Made by a program: the position numbers and the translations under genes
Shown here: positions 38,660 through 49,039 of the stretch, in pieces
How the letters are laid out: each line of letters starts with the position of its first letter
Numbering within the stretch: the stretch's first letter is position 1
DNA from: an uncultured Rhizobacter sp.
Lineage (GTDB): Bacteria; Pseudomonadota; Gammaproteobacteria; Burkholderiales; Burkholderiaceae_C
Reading direction: 5' to 3'
Length of the DNA stretch: 64,000 bases
NCBI GenBank assembly: GCA_966211755.1
Contig: CBIHOH010000006.1
Coordinates: forward strand, 24,534-88,533
Notes under the pieces: model-generated
What the model saw: only the letters and a program-made list of their open reading frames with translations
The model's database searches: none
What the model was told of the DNA's origin: nothing

Positions 38660-39457
38660 ATGACTTCCGTACGCGCCCTGATCGCCGACGACGAACGCCT
38701 GATGCGCGAGCAGCTGCGCGGCCGCCTGGCCGAGGCCTGGTCGGAGCTCGACATCGTGGCCGAGGCCGCCAACGGACAGCAGGCGGTGGAACTCGCCGCG
38801 CGGCACCGGCCCGACCTGGTGTTCCTCGACATCCGCATGCCGGGCATGAGCGGCATCGAAGCCGCCCAGCAGATCGCCGCGCTGCCCCGCGAGGCCGGCG
38901 GCTGGGCGGGCTGCGAGATCGTCTTCATCACCGCCAGCGACCAGCACGCGGTCGAGGCCTTCGAACAAGGCGTGGTCGACTACGTGCTCAAGCCCGCCGA
39001 GCCGGAGCGCCTGCGGGTGACGGTGGAGCGCCTGCGCAGACGCCTGGCGCAGCACGGGCCGGTCCCGGCCGAGGAGGACATGCGGCGGCTGCTGCAGCAG
39101 CTCGGCACGCGGCTCGCTGCGCCGCCCCGCCAGCACTTGAAATGGATCCAGGCCAGCGTGGGCCAGGTGATCCAGCTGATCCCGGTGGACGAGGTGCTGT
39201 TTTTCATCTCCGACGAGAAATACACCCGTCTGCAGACCGCCACCCAGGAGGCCCTGATCCGCAAGCCGATCAAGGAACTGATCCAGGAGCTCGACCCGCA
39301 GCAGTTCTGGCAGATCCACCGCTCGACTCTGGTGCATGCGCGGGCCATCGCCGGGGTGTCGCGCGACCTGCGGGGACGGCAGGTGGTGAGCGTGAAGGGA
39401 CGGCCGGAGACGCTGGAGGTCAGCCGCAGCTTCTATGGCTTGTTCAAGGGGATGTAG
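38660..39457 (+). CDS. LytTR family response regulator
   Basis: IADDE, FLDIRMP, DYVLKP, FWQIHRS, VSRS. Confidence 0.93.
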   Translation: MTSVRALIADDERLMREQLRGRLAEAWSELDIVAEAANGQQAVELAARHRPDLVFLDIRMPGMSGIEAAQQIAALPREAGGWAGCEIVFITASDQHAVEAFEQGVVDYVLKPAEPERLRVTVERLRRRLAQHGPVPAEEDMRRLLQQLGTRLAAPPRQHLKWIQASVGQVIQLIPVDEVLFFISDEKYTRLQTATQEALIRKPIKELIQELDPQQFWQIHRSTLVHARAIAGVSRDLRGRQVVSVKGRPETLEVSRSFYGLFKGM

Positions 39458-39499
39458 GGCCGGCCCTGCAAGGCCGGGGCGGCCCGGCCGGCACCGACT

Positions 39500-41047
39500 T
39501 CAGCGCCGCCGTCCCGGGATCGGCTCGTAGCGCTGCTGCGCCGGGTCCCACGCCCAGCGCACCACCGGCCGTGTCGCGCCCTTGGGGAACAGCCCCAGGA
39601 CCGGCCAGCCGGAGCGGACCGGCTGCCCCCCGGACTGCGATGCACGCGGGTGGACAGGACGCAGCCAGCTTCCATCGGGCAGCCATCCGCCGGCCGTCGC
39701 GGACGGGTTCGAGATCACCGCGCACAGCACTTCGTTCAAGCGGCCGTCCTGCGGCCAGAGCAAGGCCGTCGCCGCGAACGCGCCGCCACCCGCAGGATGC
39801 GCCTGCTCCATGACCAAGACACGATGGGGACCCAGCCGCAAGGCACGGACCGGAGACAAGATCTCCGCCTGGCTCGGCGAGCCCTCTTCGACCAGACCGG
39901 CCAGGCAATCCGTGCCGATACCTTGCGCGGAAGAAGTGGCCAGCACATCGATGCGCGGCCGGCCCGCACCAGGTACGGACACCACGCGGACCAAGGCCAC
40001 CCGGTAGCGCGGATCGACGTTCGCCCCCCGCGCGACGCTCGCCCAGGTCAGGTCGCGACGGTCGATCGTCCCCGCCTCGGCCACCAGCCACCATTCGCCC
40101 GGCGCCCCCGCCGCGATCGGCAGGGGTTCGGCGAACAAGGTCTCGCCCCAGATCGCCCAGGCCAGCAGGTGCGGAGAGACGCCGGTGGGCCAGGGCTGGC
40201 CCGCCCGCGGCCGCGCGGAGGCTGCAGGAGCCGGGTCGCCGGGCAGGTGCACATCGAAGGGAATGCGCGAGACGGCCGCCTGCAATTCGCCGGCCCCCGC
40301 CGGGCCGGTCCGGCGCAGCAGGTCCAGGGTCGACAGCAGATCACCCGGGCCCTGCCGCCGCGACTCGATCGCCGCCAGCCGGAGGGCGACGGTGGACAGC
40401 GCCGCGCGGTCCGCCTCGGAGGCGGGCGATGTCGCCAGCGCATCGAGCAGCTTGCGCTGGACGTCATATTCATTCGCGTTGCGCATCGCCATCCGCTCGG
40501 CCAGATGCAGCTTGCCCGCCACACCCGCGTGATCGAGCAGCAGATCCCGCGTGGCTCCATTGCCCCAGCCCTGGCGCTCCATCAGCTCCGCGGCCGGCAG
40601 CCAGGCATCGGCGCGCAAGTACAGGCCGATGGCCCGGTCCGGGTCGGCCGGCACGCCCAAGCCCTCGGCGTACAGCCGGGCGAGCTCCCGCAGGGCCTCG
40701 GCGCGGATGAGCACGTGGCCGGGCTCGGTCGATCCGGCGGTGACCTCCAGCAGCGGAGCCGCCTCCTCGAACCGACCGGCCTTCGCCAGGCAGCGGCCCA
40801 GCAGCATCGAGGCGTACATCCGGTGCTCCGCCCCATCGGCGGAGCGGGCCAACAGCTCGCGCAACAAGGGCACGGCCGGCTCGCACCGGCCCTCGTTGGC
40901 GGCCAGGCCGTGCGCCCGGTGCCAGAGCAGCTCGTCGTCGTCCGTCTGGGCCCGTGCCGGGGACAGGGCCCACAGCATGCCCAGCAGCAGAGCGCTTGCC
41001 GCCCGAAGGCCGATGCACACGACGACGCCGCGAGGCCCCCCGCTCAC
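39500..41047 (-). CDS. secreted TPR/Sel1-like repeat protein with unknown C-terminal domain
   Basis: Signal peptide ending ARA-Q; LARLYAEGLGVPADPDRAIGLY Sel1 motif; GTGA overlap with rep stop. Confidence 0.7.
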   Translation of the reverse strand: MSGGPRGVVVCIGLRAASALLLGMLWALSPARAQTDDDELLWHRAHGLAANEGRCEPAVPLLRELLARSADGAEHRMYASMLLGRCLAKAGRFEEAAPLLEVTAGSTEPGHVLIRAEALRELARLYAEGLGVPADPDRAIGLYLRADAWLPAAELMERQGWGNGATRDLLLDHAGVAGKLHLAERMAMRNANEYDVQRKLLDALATSPASEADRAALSTVALRLAAIESRRQGPGDLLSTLDLLRRTGPAGAGELQAAVSRIPFDVHLPGDPAPAASARPRAGQPWPTGVSPHLLAWAIWGETLFAEPLPIAAGAPGEWWLVAEAGTIDRRDLTWASVARGANVDPRYRVALVRVVSVPGAGRPRIDVLATSSAQGIGTDCLAGLVEEGSPSQAEILSPVRALRLGPHRVLVMEQAHPAGGGAFAATALLWPQDGRLNEVLCAVISNPSATAGGWLPDGSWLRPVHPRASQSGGQPVRSGWPVLGLFPKGATRPVVRWAWDPAQQRYEPIPGRRR

Positions 41048-43104
41048 TCCGGCTTGGCCTCGGCCGCCTTGGCCGCGCTGGCGCGCAGCGCCGCCGCGGC
41101 GCGCAAGGCCTTGAGCTTCTCGCGCGGGTCTTCCTTGGGCCCGGCTTCCTGCAGCTTCATCTCGGCGATGAAACGGCTGGGCACGCCCGGCACCAGCTCG
41201 CGCCCCTTCTTGCGCCGCCGCAGCACGTTGACCGCCAGGGTGCGGCGGGCGCGGGTGATGCCGACGTACATCAGCCGGCGCTCCTCCTCCAGCCGCTGCG
41301 GAGTCATCTCGTCGTCCTCGCTGCGGAAGGGCAGCAGGCCCTCGTTGACCCCGGCCAGCACCACATGCGGCCATTCCAGGCCCTTGGAGGCGTGCAGGGT
41401 GCTGAGGGTGACCTGGTCCTGCTCGTCGCCGCGTTCGGCCAGGCTGATGATGACGGAGATGGTCTGCGCCACGTCGAGCACGCTCTTCTTCTCGGTCTCG
41501 ACCGTCATGCCGCCGTCGTTCTCGATCTGGCCCCCGCAGCGCTTGGCGATCCAGTCGACGAAGTCCAGCACGTTGGCCCAGCGGCCGGCCGCGACCTTCT
41601 CGCTGTCGTCGCCTTCGTAGAGGTGTTTCTCGTAGTCGATGTCCTTCAGCCACTCCATCAGCAGGGCCTTGGCATCCTCGCCGCCGCTGGTGTGGCGCGC
41701 ACGGTACTCGAGCTCGCTCACGCAGCGGCCGAATTCATGCAGCGAGCCGAGGGCGCGCGCATTCAGCGAGGCCCCCAGGCTCTCGGCGAACAAGGCCTCG
41801 TAGAGGCTGACCTTCCACTTGCCGGCGAACTCGCCCAGCGCGCCCAGCGTCTGGTGGCCGATGCCGCGCTTGGGCGTGGTGATGGCGCGCAGGAACGCCG
41901 GGTCGTCGTCGTTGTTGACCAGCAGGCGCAGCCAGGCGCACAAGTCCTTGATCTCGGCCCGGTCGAAGAAGCTCTGGCCACCCGAGACCTTGTACGGGAT
42001 GTTGGCCTTGCGCAGCGCCTTCTCGAAGATGCGCGCCTGGTGGTTGGCCCGGTAGAGCACGGCGAAATCGCTGAAGGCGACCTCGCCGCCCTGGCCGCGG
42101 ATCGACTGGATGCGCGCGACCGCCCGCTCCGCCTCGTGCTCCTCGTTGTCGCACTCGACCAGCGTGACCGGCTCGCCGTCGCCGAGGTCGCTCCACAGCT
42201 TCTTCTCGAACAGCTTGGGGTTGTTGCCGATCACCGAGTTGGCGGCGCGCAGGATGTAGCCGGTGGAGCGGTAGTTCTGCTCCAGCGGGATCACCTTCAG
42301 GCTCGGATACTCCTGCGGCAGGCGGCGCAGGTTCTCGATGGTGGCGCCGCGCCAGCCGTAGATGCTCTGGTCGTCGTCGCCCACGGCGGTGAACATGGCA
42401 CGCTCGCCGACGATGGACTTGAGCAGTTCGTACTGGATGGCGTTGGTGTCCTGGTACTCGTCGACCAGCACGTAGCGCAAGGTGTCCTGCCAGCTGGCGC
42501 GGGCTTCCTCGTCGCGCAGCAGCAGCCGGTGCGGCAGGCCGATGAGGTCGTCGAAGTCGACCGCCTGGTAGGCGGCCAGGCGCTCCTCGTAGCGTTTCAT
42601 CACCTGCGCAGCCACCCGCTCGTCCTCGTCGAGCGCGGCGATCTCGGCGCTCGCGCTGTCCAGGCCCTGGTTCTTCCACAGGCTGATGGTCCATTGCCAG
42701 CGCCGGGCCAGGTTGACGTCGGTGGTGCCGCCGGCATCCTTGAGGATGCCGAGCACGTCGTCGCCGTCGAGGATGCTGAACTGCTCCTTCAGGCCGAGGC
42801 GCGCGCCTTCGGCCCGCAGGATGCGCACGCCCAGCGAATGGAAGGTGCTGATGACCAGGCTCTTCGCGGCCCGCGCGCCGATCAGCGATTTCGCGCGCTC
42901 GCGCATTTCCTGCGCCGCCTTGTTGGTGAAGGTGATGGCGGCGATCTGCCCCGGCGCATAGCCGGCCTCCAGCAGGCGCGCGATCTTGTGAGTGATCACC
43001 CGCGTCTTGCCCGAGCCCGCGCCGGCCAGCACCAGGCAGGGGCCGTCGAGGTGGTGCACCGCCTCCATCTGGGCGTGGTTGAGCGAGGCGGCGGCTTCAG
43101 ACAT
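41044..43104 (-). CDS. rep: Rep/UvrD-family DNA helicase
   Basis: AGAGSGKT, TFTNKAA, DEYQD, GDDDQSIY, NYRS, HASKGLE, EERRLMYVGITRA. Confidence 0.92.
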   Translation of the reverse strand: MSEAAASLNHAQMEAVHHLDGPCLVLAGAGSGKTRVITHKIARLLEAGYAPGQIAAITFTNKAAQEMRERAKSLIGARAAKSLVISTFHSLGVRILRAEGARLGLKEQFSILDGDDVLGILKDAGGTTDVNLARRWQWTISLWKNQGLDSASAEIAALDEDERVAAQVMKRYEERLAAYQAVDFDDLIGLPHRLLLRDEEARASWQDTLRYVLVDEYQDTNAIQYELLKSIVGERAMFTAVGDDDQSIYGWRGATIENLRRLPQEYPSLKVIPLEQNYRSTGYILRAANSVIGNNPKLFEKKLWSDLGDGEPVTLVECDNEEHEAERAVARIQSIRGQGGEVAFSDFAVLYRANHQARIFEKALRKANIPYKVSGGQSFFDRAEIKDLCAWLRLLVNNDDDPAFLRAITTPKRGIGHQTLGALGEFAGKWKVSLYEALFAESLGASLNARALGSLHEFGRCVSELEYRARHTSGGEDAKALLMEWLKDIDYEKHLYEGDDSEKVAAGRWANVLDFVDWIAKRCGGQIENDGGMTVETEKKSVLDVAQTISVIISLAERGDEQDQVTLSTLHASKGLEWPHVVLAGVNEGLLPFRSEDDEMTPQRLEEERRLMYVGITRARRTLAVNVLRRRKKGRELVPGVPSRFIAEMKLQEAGPKEDPREKLKALRAAAALRASAAKAAEAKPE

Positions 43105-43237
43105 GGGCAGGCATCGGGTTCAGGCGTGACGGCACGGCCGTGGATGATAGCGAGCGCGGGCGATGAACCGGCGCCGGCAAGGTCACGCATTGTTCGTCGA
43201 TGTGATAGCGTGAACCCGTTTTCCCCCCACCCTGCCC

Positions 43238-44764
43238 ATGCCGCTCCCCGACCCCGCAGCCCCGTCGCGCCGCCGGCTGCTCGCCCTGGCCCTGGGCGCC
43301 GGCATCGCCCCCGGCCTGCTGTCCTGCGCCCACCGGGGGACGCGCGACGACTGTTTCGCGCTCGGTGTCGCCTCGGGCTGCCCGCGGGCCGACAGCATCG
43401 TGCTCTGGACCCGCCTCGCCCTGGCGGCCGAGCCGCCTGCCCGGGTCGAGGTGCGCTGGGAGCTGGCCGCCGACGAGGCCTTCCGGCACATCCTGCGGCA
43501 GGGCACCGAAAGCGCCAAGGCGGCCTGGGGCCACAGCCTGCACGTGCAGGTGGAGGGCCTGGAGGCGGCGCGCTGGTACTGGTACCGCTTCACCGCCCTG
43601 GGCCAGCAGTCCGCGACCGGCCGCACCCGCACCGCGCCGGCTGCGGACAGCCTGGCCCCGCTGTCGTTCGCCATCGCCTCCTGCCAGCGCTGGGACCACG
43701 GTTTCTTCTCCGCCTGGCGCCACCTCGCCGACGAGTCGCCCGACCTGGTGGTCTTCCTCGGCGACTACATCTACGAGTACCCGCCGCTGCCCGGCGGCGT
43801 GCGCAGCCACCAGGGCCTGACGGGCGTGCGCACGCTGTCGCAATACCGCGAGCGTTATGCGCAGTACAAGAGCGACCCCGACCTGCAGCGCATGCATGCC
43901 AGCGCCCCCTGGATCGTCACCTGGGACGACCACGAGGTGGAGAACGACTACGCCGGCGACCGCTCGGAACTGCTGGCGGCGGGTTTCCTGAAGCGCCGCG
44001 CCGCCGCCTACCAGGCCTGGTGGGAGCACATGCCGCTGCCGCCGTCGATGCGGCCGCGCGGGCCGTCGCTGCCGCTGTTCAGCCGCCACGACTGGGGTGC
44101 GCTGGCGCGTTTCCATGTGCTGGACGACCGCCAGCACCGCGACCCGCAGGCCTGCCCGCGCCCCCACCAGGGGGGCTCCAACACCGTGCGCGACGCGGAT
44201 TGCCCGGAGCGCGCCCTGCCGGCCCGCAGCCTGCTCGGCGCGGCGCAGGAACGCTGGCTGGGCGAGAGCCTGGGCCTGGGCGGCGTGCACTGGAACCTGC
44301 TCGCGCAACAGACCCTGATGGCGCCTTTCGACTGGGGCGCTCCGCCCAGCCACTGGACCGATGGCTGGGACGGCTACCCGGCGGCCCGCGAGCGCCTGCT
44401 CGACACGCTGGTGCAACGACGGGTGCGCAACCCGGTGGTGCTGGGCGGCGATGTGCATGCCAACTACGTGGCCGACCTGAAACGCCGGCCCGACGGCCCC
44501 ACCCTGGCCACCGAGTTCTGCGGCACCTCGATCAGCAGCCGCGGCATGGCCCAGGCGCGGGTGGACGCGGCCCTGCCGTTCAACCCGCACATCCTGTACG
44601 GCCGCAGCGAGGACCGCGGCTACGTGGGCTTCCGGCTCGACGCCCAGGCACTGCGCGCGACGCTGCGCGTGGTGAGCGACGCCCGCGACCCGGCCGCCAG
44701 CGTGCGCAGCGCGGCGCGCTTCGAGGTCGAATCCGGCCGGCCCGGGGCCCATCGGGCCGGCTGA
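43238..44764 (+). CDS. phoD: alkaline phosphatase D family protein
   Basis: Tat SRRRLL; GVASG.P, LGDYIYE, WDDHEVEND, DGWDGY, GDVH. Confidence 0.92.
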   Translation: MPLPDPAAPSRRRLLALALGAGIAPGLLSCAHRGTRDDCFALGVASGCPRADSIVLWTRLALAAEPPARVEVRWELAADEAFRHILRQGTESAKAAWGHSLHVQVEGLEAARWYWYRFTALGQQSATGRTRTAPAADSLAPLSFAIASCQRWDHGFFSAWRHLADESPDLVVFLGDYIYEYPPLPGGVRSHQGLTGVRTLSQYRERYAQYKSDPDLQRMHASAPWIVTWDDHEVENDYAGDRSELLAAGFLKRRAAAYQAWWEHMPLPPSMRPRGPSLPLFSRHDWGALARFHVLDDRQHRDPQACPRPHQGGSNTVRDADCPERALPARSLLGAAQERWLGESLGLGGVHWNLLAQQTLMAPFDWGAPPSHWTDGWDGYPAARERLLDTLVQRRVRNPVVLGGDVHANYVADLKRRPDGPTLATEFCGTSISSRGMAQARVDAALPFNPHILYGRSEDRGYVGFRLDAQALRATLRVVSDARDPAASVRSAARFEVESGRPGAHRAG

Positions 44765-44972
44765 GTTCCGGGCGCGCCGCCAAATATATTTTTTGCTGAT
44801 TAGTTCACATTGAAAGCTTCGTGAAAGCTTTCCCTCTATACACCTGGTAACAACCCGGAGACACTGGGCACCTGCCGGTGGACAAGATCCTCCGGCAAGC
44901 CGAGCCGGGTACCTCCGGCCATGACTGGGATGGGCCTCTCTCGACGGGTGCTCAGAAAGACCGAGACCTGCG

Positions 44973-45248
44973 ATGACACTGACCGACCGTTGCTTGAATT
45001 TCCTGGCCCGACGCCTGCGGACCCCGGCTCACGGCCCCTCGCTCGACACGCTCAAGTGCGCCTGCCTGGAACTGATCGAGGACGTCAGTCCCGAACGACG
45101 CAGCAGCCTGTCGCGCAGCATCCTCAGCGCGCGCCACCGCAGCGACGTCTGGGACCTGCGCTCAGCGCTGTTCGGCAGCGTCTCCATGAGCTTCGGCGAA
45201 AGCGTAGCCCGCGAGCGCATGGCCCGCCTCGACAATTTGATGGCCTGA
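44973..45248 (+). CDS. small hypothetical protein
   Basis: ATG-TGA helical ORF after an AT-rich promoter-like region, followed by a hairpin. Confidence 0.6.
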   Translation: MTLTDRCLNFLARRLRTPAHGPSLDTLKCACLELIEDVSPERRSSLSRSILSARHRSDVWDLRSALFGSVSMSFGESVARERMARLDNLMA

Positions 45249-45266
45249 GCGCAGCGCACCATACCC

Positions 45267-45299
45267 CGGCACGGCGGCCCGCTTGCCGGGGCCGTGCCG
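45267..45299. terminator. hairpin between convergent genes
   Basis: CGGCACGGC...GCCGTGCCG inverted repeat. Confidence 0.45.
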
Positions 45300-47156
45300 T
45301 CAATATCCCGAACAGAGGCAGTGCGCCAGGGTGGCGAACGGATGGCGCCCGTCGGCGGCCTCCATCAGCCAGCGCAGCTCGGCCTGGGCGTCGCGCGCGA
45401 TCTTCGGCGACAGGCCCAGCGGCGAGGCCCGCGACTCCAGCTGCTGGGCCACCAGCCCGGCGGCCGTGCCGCCGAGCGCGCCCAGCAGGCGATCGAAGCG
45501 GCTGCGCTCGGGCTCGATGTAGACGGTGCGGGCCGACCCGGCCAGGCGAGCCCTCGAGGCCGCCGCCTGCAGCGCGTCGTGCAGGCCGCCCAGAGAATCG
45601 ACCAGTCCGCGCTCCTTGGCCTGCCGGCCGCTCCAGACCCGGCCCTGGGCCACGGCCTCGATGGCCTCCATGGGCGCCTTGCGGGCCTGGGCGGCGCGCG
45701 AGACGAAGTCGCGGTAGATGTACTCGATGTGGGTCTGCAGCAATTCGGCGAAGCGGGGGTCGAGCGGCCGGCGCGGATCGCCCGCCCCGCCCAGCCAGGT
45801 GGTGGTGACGCCGGCGGTGTGCACGCCGAGTTTGTCCAGCGCCTTGTCGGCGCTCGGCAGCAGGGCGAACACGCCGATGGAGCCGGTGACGGTGGCCGGG
45901 TCGGCCATCACCTCGTCGGCGGACATCGACATCCAGTAGCCTCCCGAGGCGGCCACGTCCCCCATCGACACCACGACGGGCTTGCCGGCGCCGCGGGTGA
46001 GTTCGAGTTCGCGGCGCACCAGCTCGGAGCCGAAGGGGCTGCCGCCCGGCGAGTTGACACGCAACACCACCGCCTTGACCTGCGGATCGAGGCGCGCGCG
46101 CCGCACCAGCTCGGCGGTGGACACCCCGCCCACGGTGCCGGCCGGTGCCGAACCGTCGACGATGGCACCTTCGGCCACCACCACCGCCACCGCGTCGCCC
46201 AGCGGCGCCTGTCGCTGCCGCGCCAGGTAGCTGCTGAAGCCCACCTGCCGGAAACTCTTGCCGTCGGCGCTGGCCGCGCCGCGCCGGATCAGCAGCTCGC
46301 GCAGCTCGTCGCGTGTCTTCAGGCCGTCGACCAGCTTGGCGTCGAGCACCAGCCGGGCCGCGTCGCCCTGTGCCGCCGCCAGCCGCTGCGGCAGCTCGTC
46401 GATCATCGCCATCACCGAACCGGCCGGCAGCTTGCGCGCCTTCTCGATGCCCTCGGTGTAGGTGGCCCAGAGCCCGCCGTACAAGGCGTTGCTGGCTTCG
46501 GTCGACTCGGCCGACGGCCCGTTGGCGATGTAGGCCTCGCCGGCGCTCTTGTAGCTGCCCACGCGCAGCAGGTTCACCTTCACGCCGACACGCTCGAGGG
46601 CGTCCCCGTAGTAGTTGCGGTAGCCGCCGAAACCCTGCAGGAACAGCTGGCCCATCGGGTGCATCAGCACCTCGTCGGCCTGCGCCGCCAGGTAGTACTG
46701 GCGCTGGTCGTAGCCCGCGCCCCAGGCCAGCACGGTCTTGCCGCCGGCCTTAAAGCGTTCGAGCGCGGCCGCCACCTCGCGCAACGCGGGCAGGCCAGCG
46801 CCCTGGAACTCGTCGAGCTGCAGCAGCACGCTGTGGATGTGCGGATCGCGCGCCGCGGCGTCGAGCACGGTCAGCACGTCGCGCAGCTGCGTGCTGTCGG
46901 ACACGTCGCCGCTGAGCTGCGCCAGCGCGGTGTCGCGCGCGCTGGCCGAACGCTGCTCGACCAGCGGACCGCGCAGGTCCAGCACCAGGGTGGTCTTGTC
47001 CTCCAGCACGGTGGCGCCGCTTTGCGCCAGCAACAGCACGAAGGCCAGCACGAGCAGCAGGAACAACAGGTTGAGCAGGGCCCGGCGGCTGGCATCGATG
47101 AACCACCAGATGCTCCGGAAGAACCGGCCGATCGGGGCGAGACGGGACAAGGACAT
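45300..47156 (-). CDS. sppA: signal peptide peptidase SppA (67K type)
   Basis: YKSAGE (Lys), RVNSPGGS, ASGGYW (Ser), TGSIGV, GRVWSG. Confidence 0.93.
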   Translation of the reverse strand: MSLSRLAPIGRFFRSIWWFIDASRRALLNLLFLLLVLAFVLLLAQSGATVLEDKTTLVLDLRGPLVEQRSASARDTALAQLSGDVSDSTQLRDVLTVLDAAARDPHIHSVLLQLDEFQGAGLPALREVAAALERFKAGGKTVLAWGAGYDQRQYYLAAQADEVLMHPMGQLFLQGFGGYRNYYGDALERVGVKVNLLRVGSYKSAGEAYIANGPSAESTEASNALYGGLWATYTEGIEKARKLPAGSVMAMIDELPQRLAAAQGDAARLVLDAKLVDGLKTRDELRELLIRRGAASADGKSFRQVGFSSYLARQRQAPLGDAVAVVVAEGAIVDGSAPAGTVGGVSTAELVRRARLDPQVKAVVLRVNSPGGSPFGSELVRRELELTRGAGKPVVVSMGDVAASGGYWMSMSADEVMADPATVTGSIGVFALLPSADKALDKLGVHTAGVTTTWLGGAGDPRRPLDPRFAELLQTHIEYIYRDFVSRAAQARKAPMEAIEAVAQGRVWSGRQAKERGLVDSLGGLHDALQAAASRARLAGSARTVYIEPERSRFDRLLGALGGTAAGLVAQQLESRASPLGLSPKIARDAQAELRWLMEAADGRHPFATLAHCLCSGY

Positions 47157-47341
47157 CGCAACTCCAGTAGCGCTGCAAGCCAGCGCACCCACGACTGTAA
47201 GGCCAGCGCCGGCCCGACACGCAGGCCCGACCGCATGGAAGCTGTTTGAACTGTTTGAACCTTGCGGTGAAACACGGGCAACGATGCGGACACCGCCCCT
47301 GCCTAGACTGGTCAGGTGTCGCCACACACCGGAGCCCGCCC

Positions 47342-48172
47342 ATGAACACCCCTGTCCTGCCCACCTATTTCATCTCGCACGGCGGCGGGCCGTGGCCCTG
47401 GATGAAGGACCAGACCCACGGCGCCTACGACCGCCTCGAGGCCTCGCTGCAGGCGATGCCGCGGCAGCTCGGCCTCACGCCCGAGGCCATCCTGGTGGTC
47501 TCGGGGCATTGGGAAGAGCCCGCCTTCACCGTCATGGCCTCGCCCCGGCCGCCGATGATCTACGACTACGGCGGCTTCCCCGAACACACCTACCAGGTGC
47601 GATACCCGTCGCCGGGCGCGCCGGAACTCGCCCTGCGGATCCGCGGGATGATCGGGCAGGCTGGCCTTCCCGCCGCGCTGGACAGCGAACGCGGCTACGA
47701 CCACGGCACCTTCTCCCCTCTGGCGGTGATGTATCCCGAGGCCCGGGTGCCGGTGCTGCAACTGTCGCTGCACAGCGGCTATTCGCCGGCCGAGCACCTG
47801 GCGCTGGGGCGGGCGCTCGCGCCGCTGCGGCGCGACAAGGTGCTCATCGTGGGCAGCGGACTGAGCTACCACAACCTGCGCGAGTTCGGCCCGCGGGGGA
47901 ACGGGCCCTCGCAGCAGTTCGACCAGTGGCTGAACGACACCCTGGTGGGCTCCGCTCCCGCCGAACGCAGCGCGCGGCTGCTGGCCTGGGAGCAGGCGCC
48001 GGCGGCGCGCCGCGCCCATCCGCGCGAGGACCACCTGCTGCCGCTGATGGTGGCGCTGGGCGCGGCCGAGGACGAGCCGGCGACCCGGGTCTACCACGAG
48101 GACCGCTTCATGGGCGGCACGGCGGTGTCGAGCTTCATGTTCGGCGGGCAGCCGGGCGCCGCGTCCGCGTGA
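47342..48172 (+). CDS. DODA/LigB-type extradiol dioxygenase
   Basis: FISHGGGP, SGHWE, YDYGGFP, DHG, GSG..HNL, HPREDHLLP. Confidence 0.92.
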   Translation: MNTPVLPTYFISHGGGPWPWMKDQTHGAYDRLEASLQAMPRQLGLTPEAILVVSGHWEEPAFTVMASPRPPMIYDYGGFPEHTYQVRYPSPGAPELALRIRGMIGQAGLPAALDSERGYDHGTFSPLAVMYPEARVPVLQLSLHSGYSPAEHLALGRALAPLRRDKVLIVGSGLSYHNLREFGPRGNGPSQQFDQWLNDTLVGSAPAERSARLLAWEQAPAARRAHPREDHLLPLMVALGAAEDEPATRVYHEDRFMGGTAVSSFMFGGQPGAASA

Positions 48173-48210
48173 GGATCCACGACAATGGTGGACATTCATT
48201 GCTGAGCACC

Positions 48211-48981
48211 ATGGCCGTTTCCATCAAATCTCCCGCCCAAGTGGCCCAGATGCGCGTTGCCGGCCGGCTGGCCGCCGAGGTGCTCGACATGATCGGCGAA
48301 TACGTCGTTCCCGGTGTATCGACCGAAGAACTCGATCGCCGCTGCTTCGAATTCATCACCCGCCAGCAAAAGGCGATTCCGGCCAACGTCGGCTACCACG
48401 GCTTCCCCAAGACCCTGTGCACGTCCGTCAACTCGGTCGTCTGCCACGGCATCCCCAGCGCCGAGGAAGTGCTGCAGGACGGCGACATCATCAACATCGA
48501 CGTCACCGTCATCAGGGACGGCTGGCACGGCGACACCAGCCGCATGTACTTCGCGGGCACGCCCAACCCCGAAGCCCGGCGCCTGGTCGACACCACCTGC
48601 GCCGCGATGATGGCGGGCATCCAGGCGGTGCGCCCCGGGGCGCGGCTGGGCGACGTGGGCCATGCGATCCAGACGCTGGCCGAAGCCGCGGGCTATTCGG
48701 TCGTGCGCGACTACTGCGGCCACGGCATCGGCCGGGTCTACCACGAGGACCCGCAGGTCACCCACTACGGCCGCCCCGGCACCGGCCTGCTCCTCAAGAA
48801 GGGCATGACCTTCACCATCGAGCCGATGATCAACGCCGGCCTGCCCGACATCGCCAACCAGCCCGACGGCTGGACGGTGCTGACCCGCGACGGATCCCTG
48901 TCGGCGCAGTGGGAGCACACGCTGGCGGTGACCGACGAAGGCTGGGAAATCCTCACGCCCTGGGGGCAGGCGGCGGATTGA
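48211..48981 (+). CDS. map: type I methionine aminopeptidase
   Basis: CHGIP, NIDVT, GDTS, GHGIG..YHEDP, FTIEPM, SAQWEHT. Confidence 0.96.
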   Translation: MAVSIKSPAQVAQMRVAGRLAAEVLDMIGEYVVPGVSTEELDRRCFEFITRQQKAIPANVGYHGFPKTLCTSVNSVVCHGIPSAEEVLQDGDIINIDVTVIRDGWHGDTSRMYFAGTPNPEARRLVDTTCAAMMAGIQAVRPGARLGDVGHAIQTLAEAAGYSVVRDYCGHGIGRVYHEDPQVTHYGRPGTGLLLKKGMTFTIEPMINAGLPDIANQPDGWTVLTRDGSLSAQWEHTLAVTDEGWEILTPWGQAAD

Positions 48982-49039
48982 AGCGTCGGCCGGGCGGTGC
49001 ATGGGACATCAACGACGCAGGCCAGGCGACGTACTCCTC

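Noticed and set aside
40954..44799. 1281-aa plus-strand ORF and similar long ORFs (5764-8685, 9862-12375, 61667-63934)
   Set aside because: Off-frame or antisense shadows of recognisable genes, expected at this GC content.
44850..44960. c-di-GMP-II riboswitch
   Set aside because: Only a GGGCAC word matches; the remaining consensus and pseudoknot could not be found by eye.
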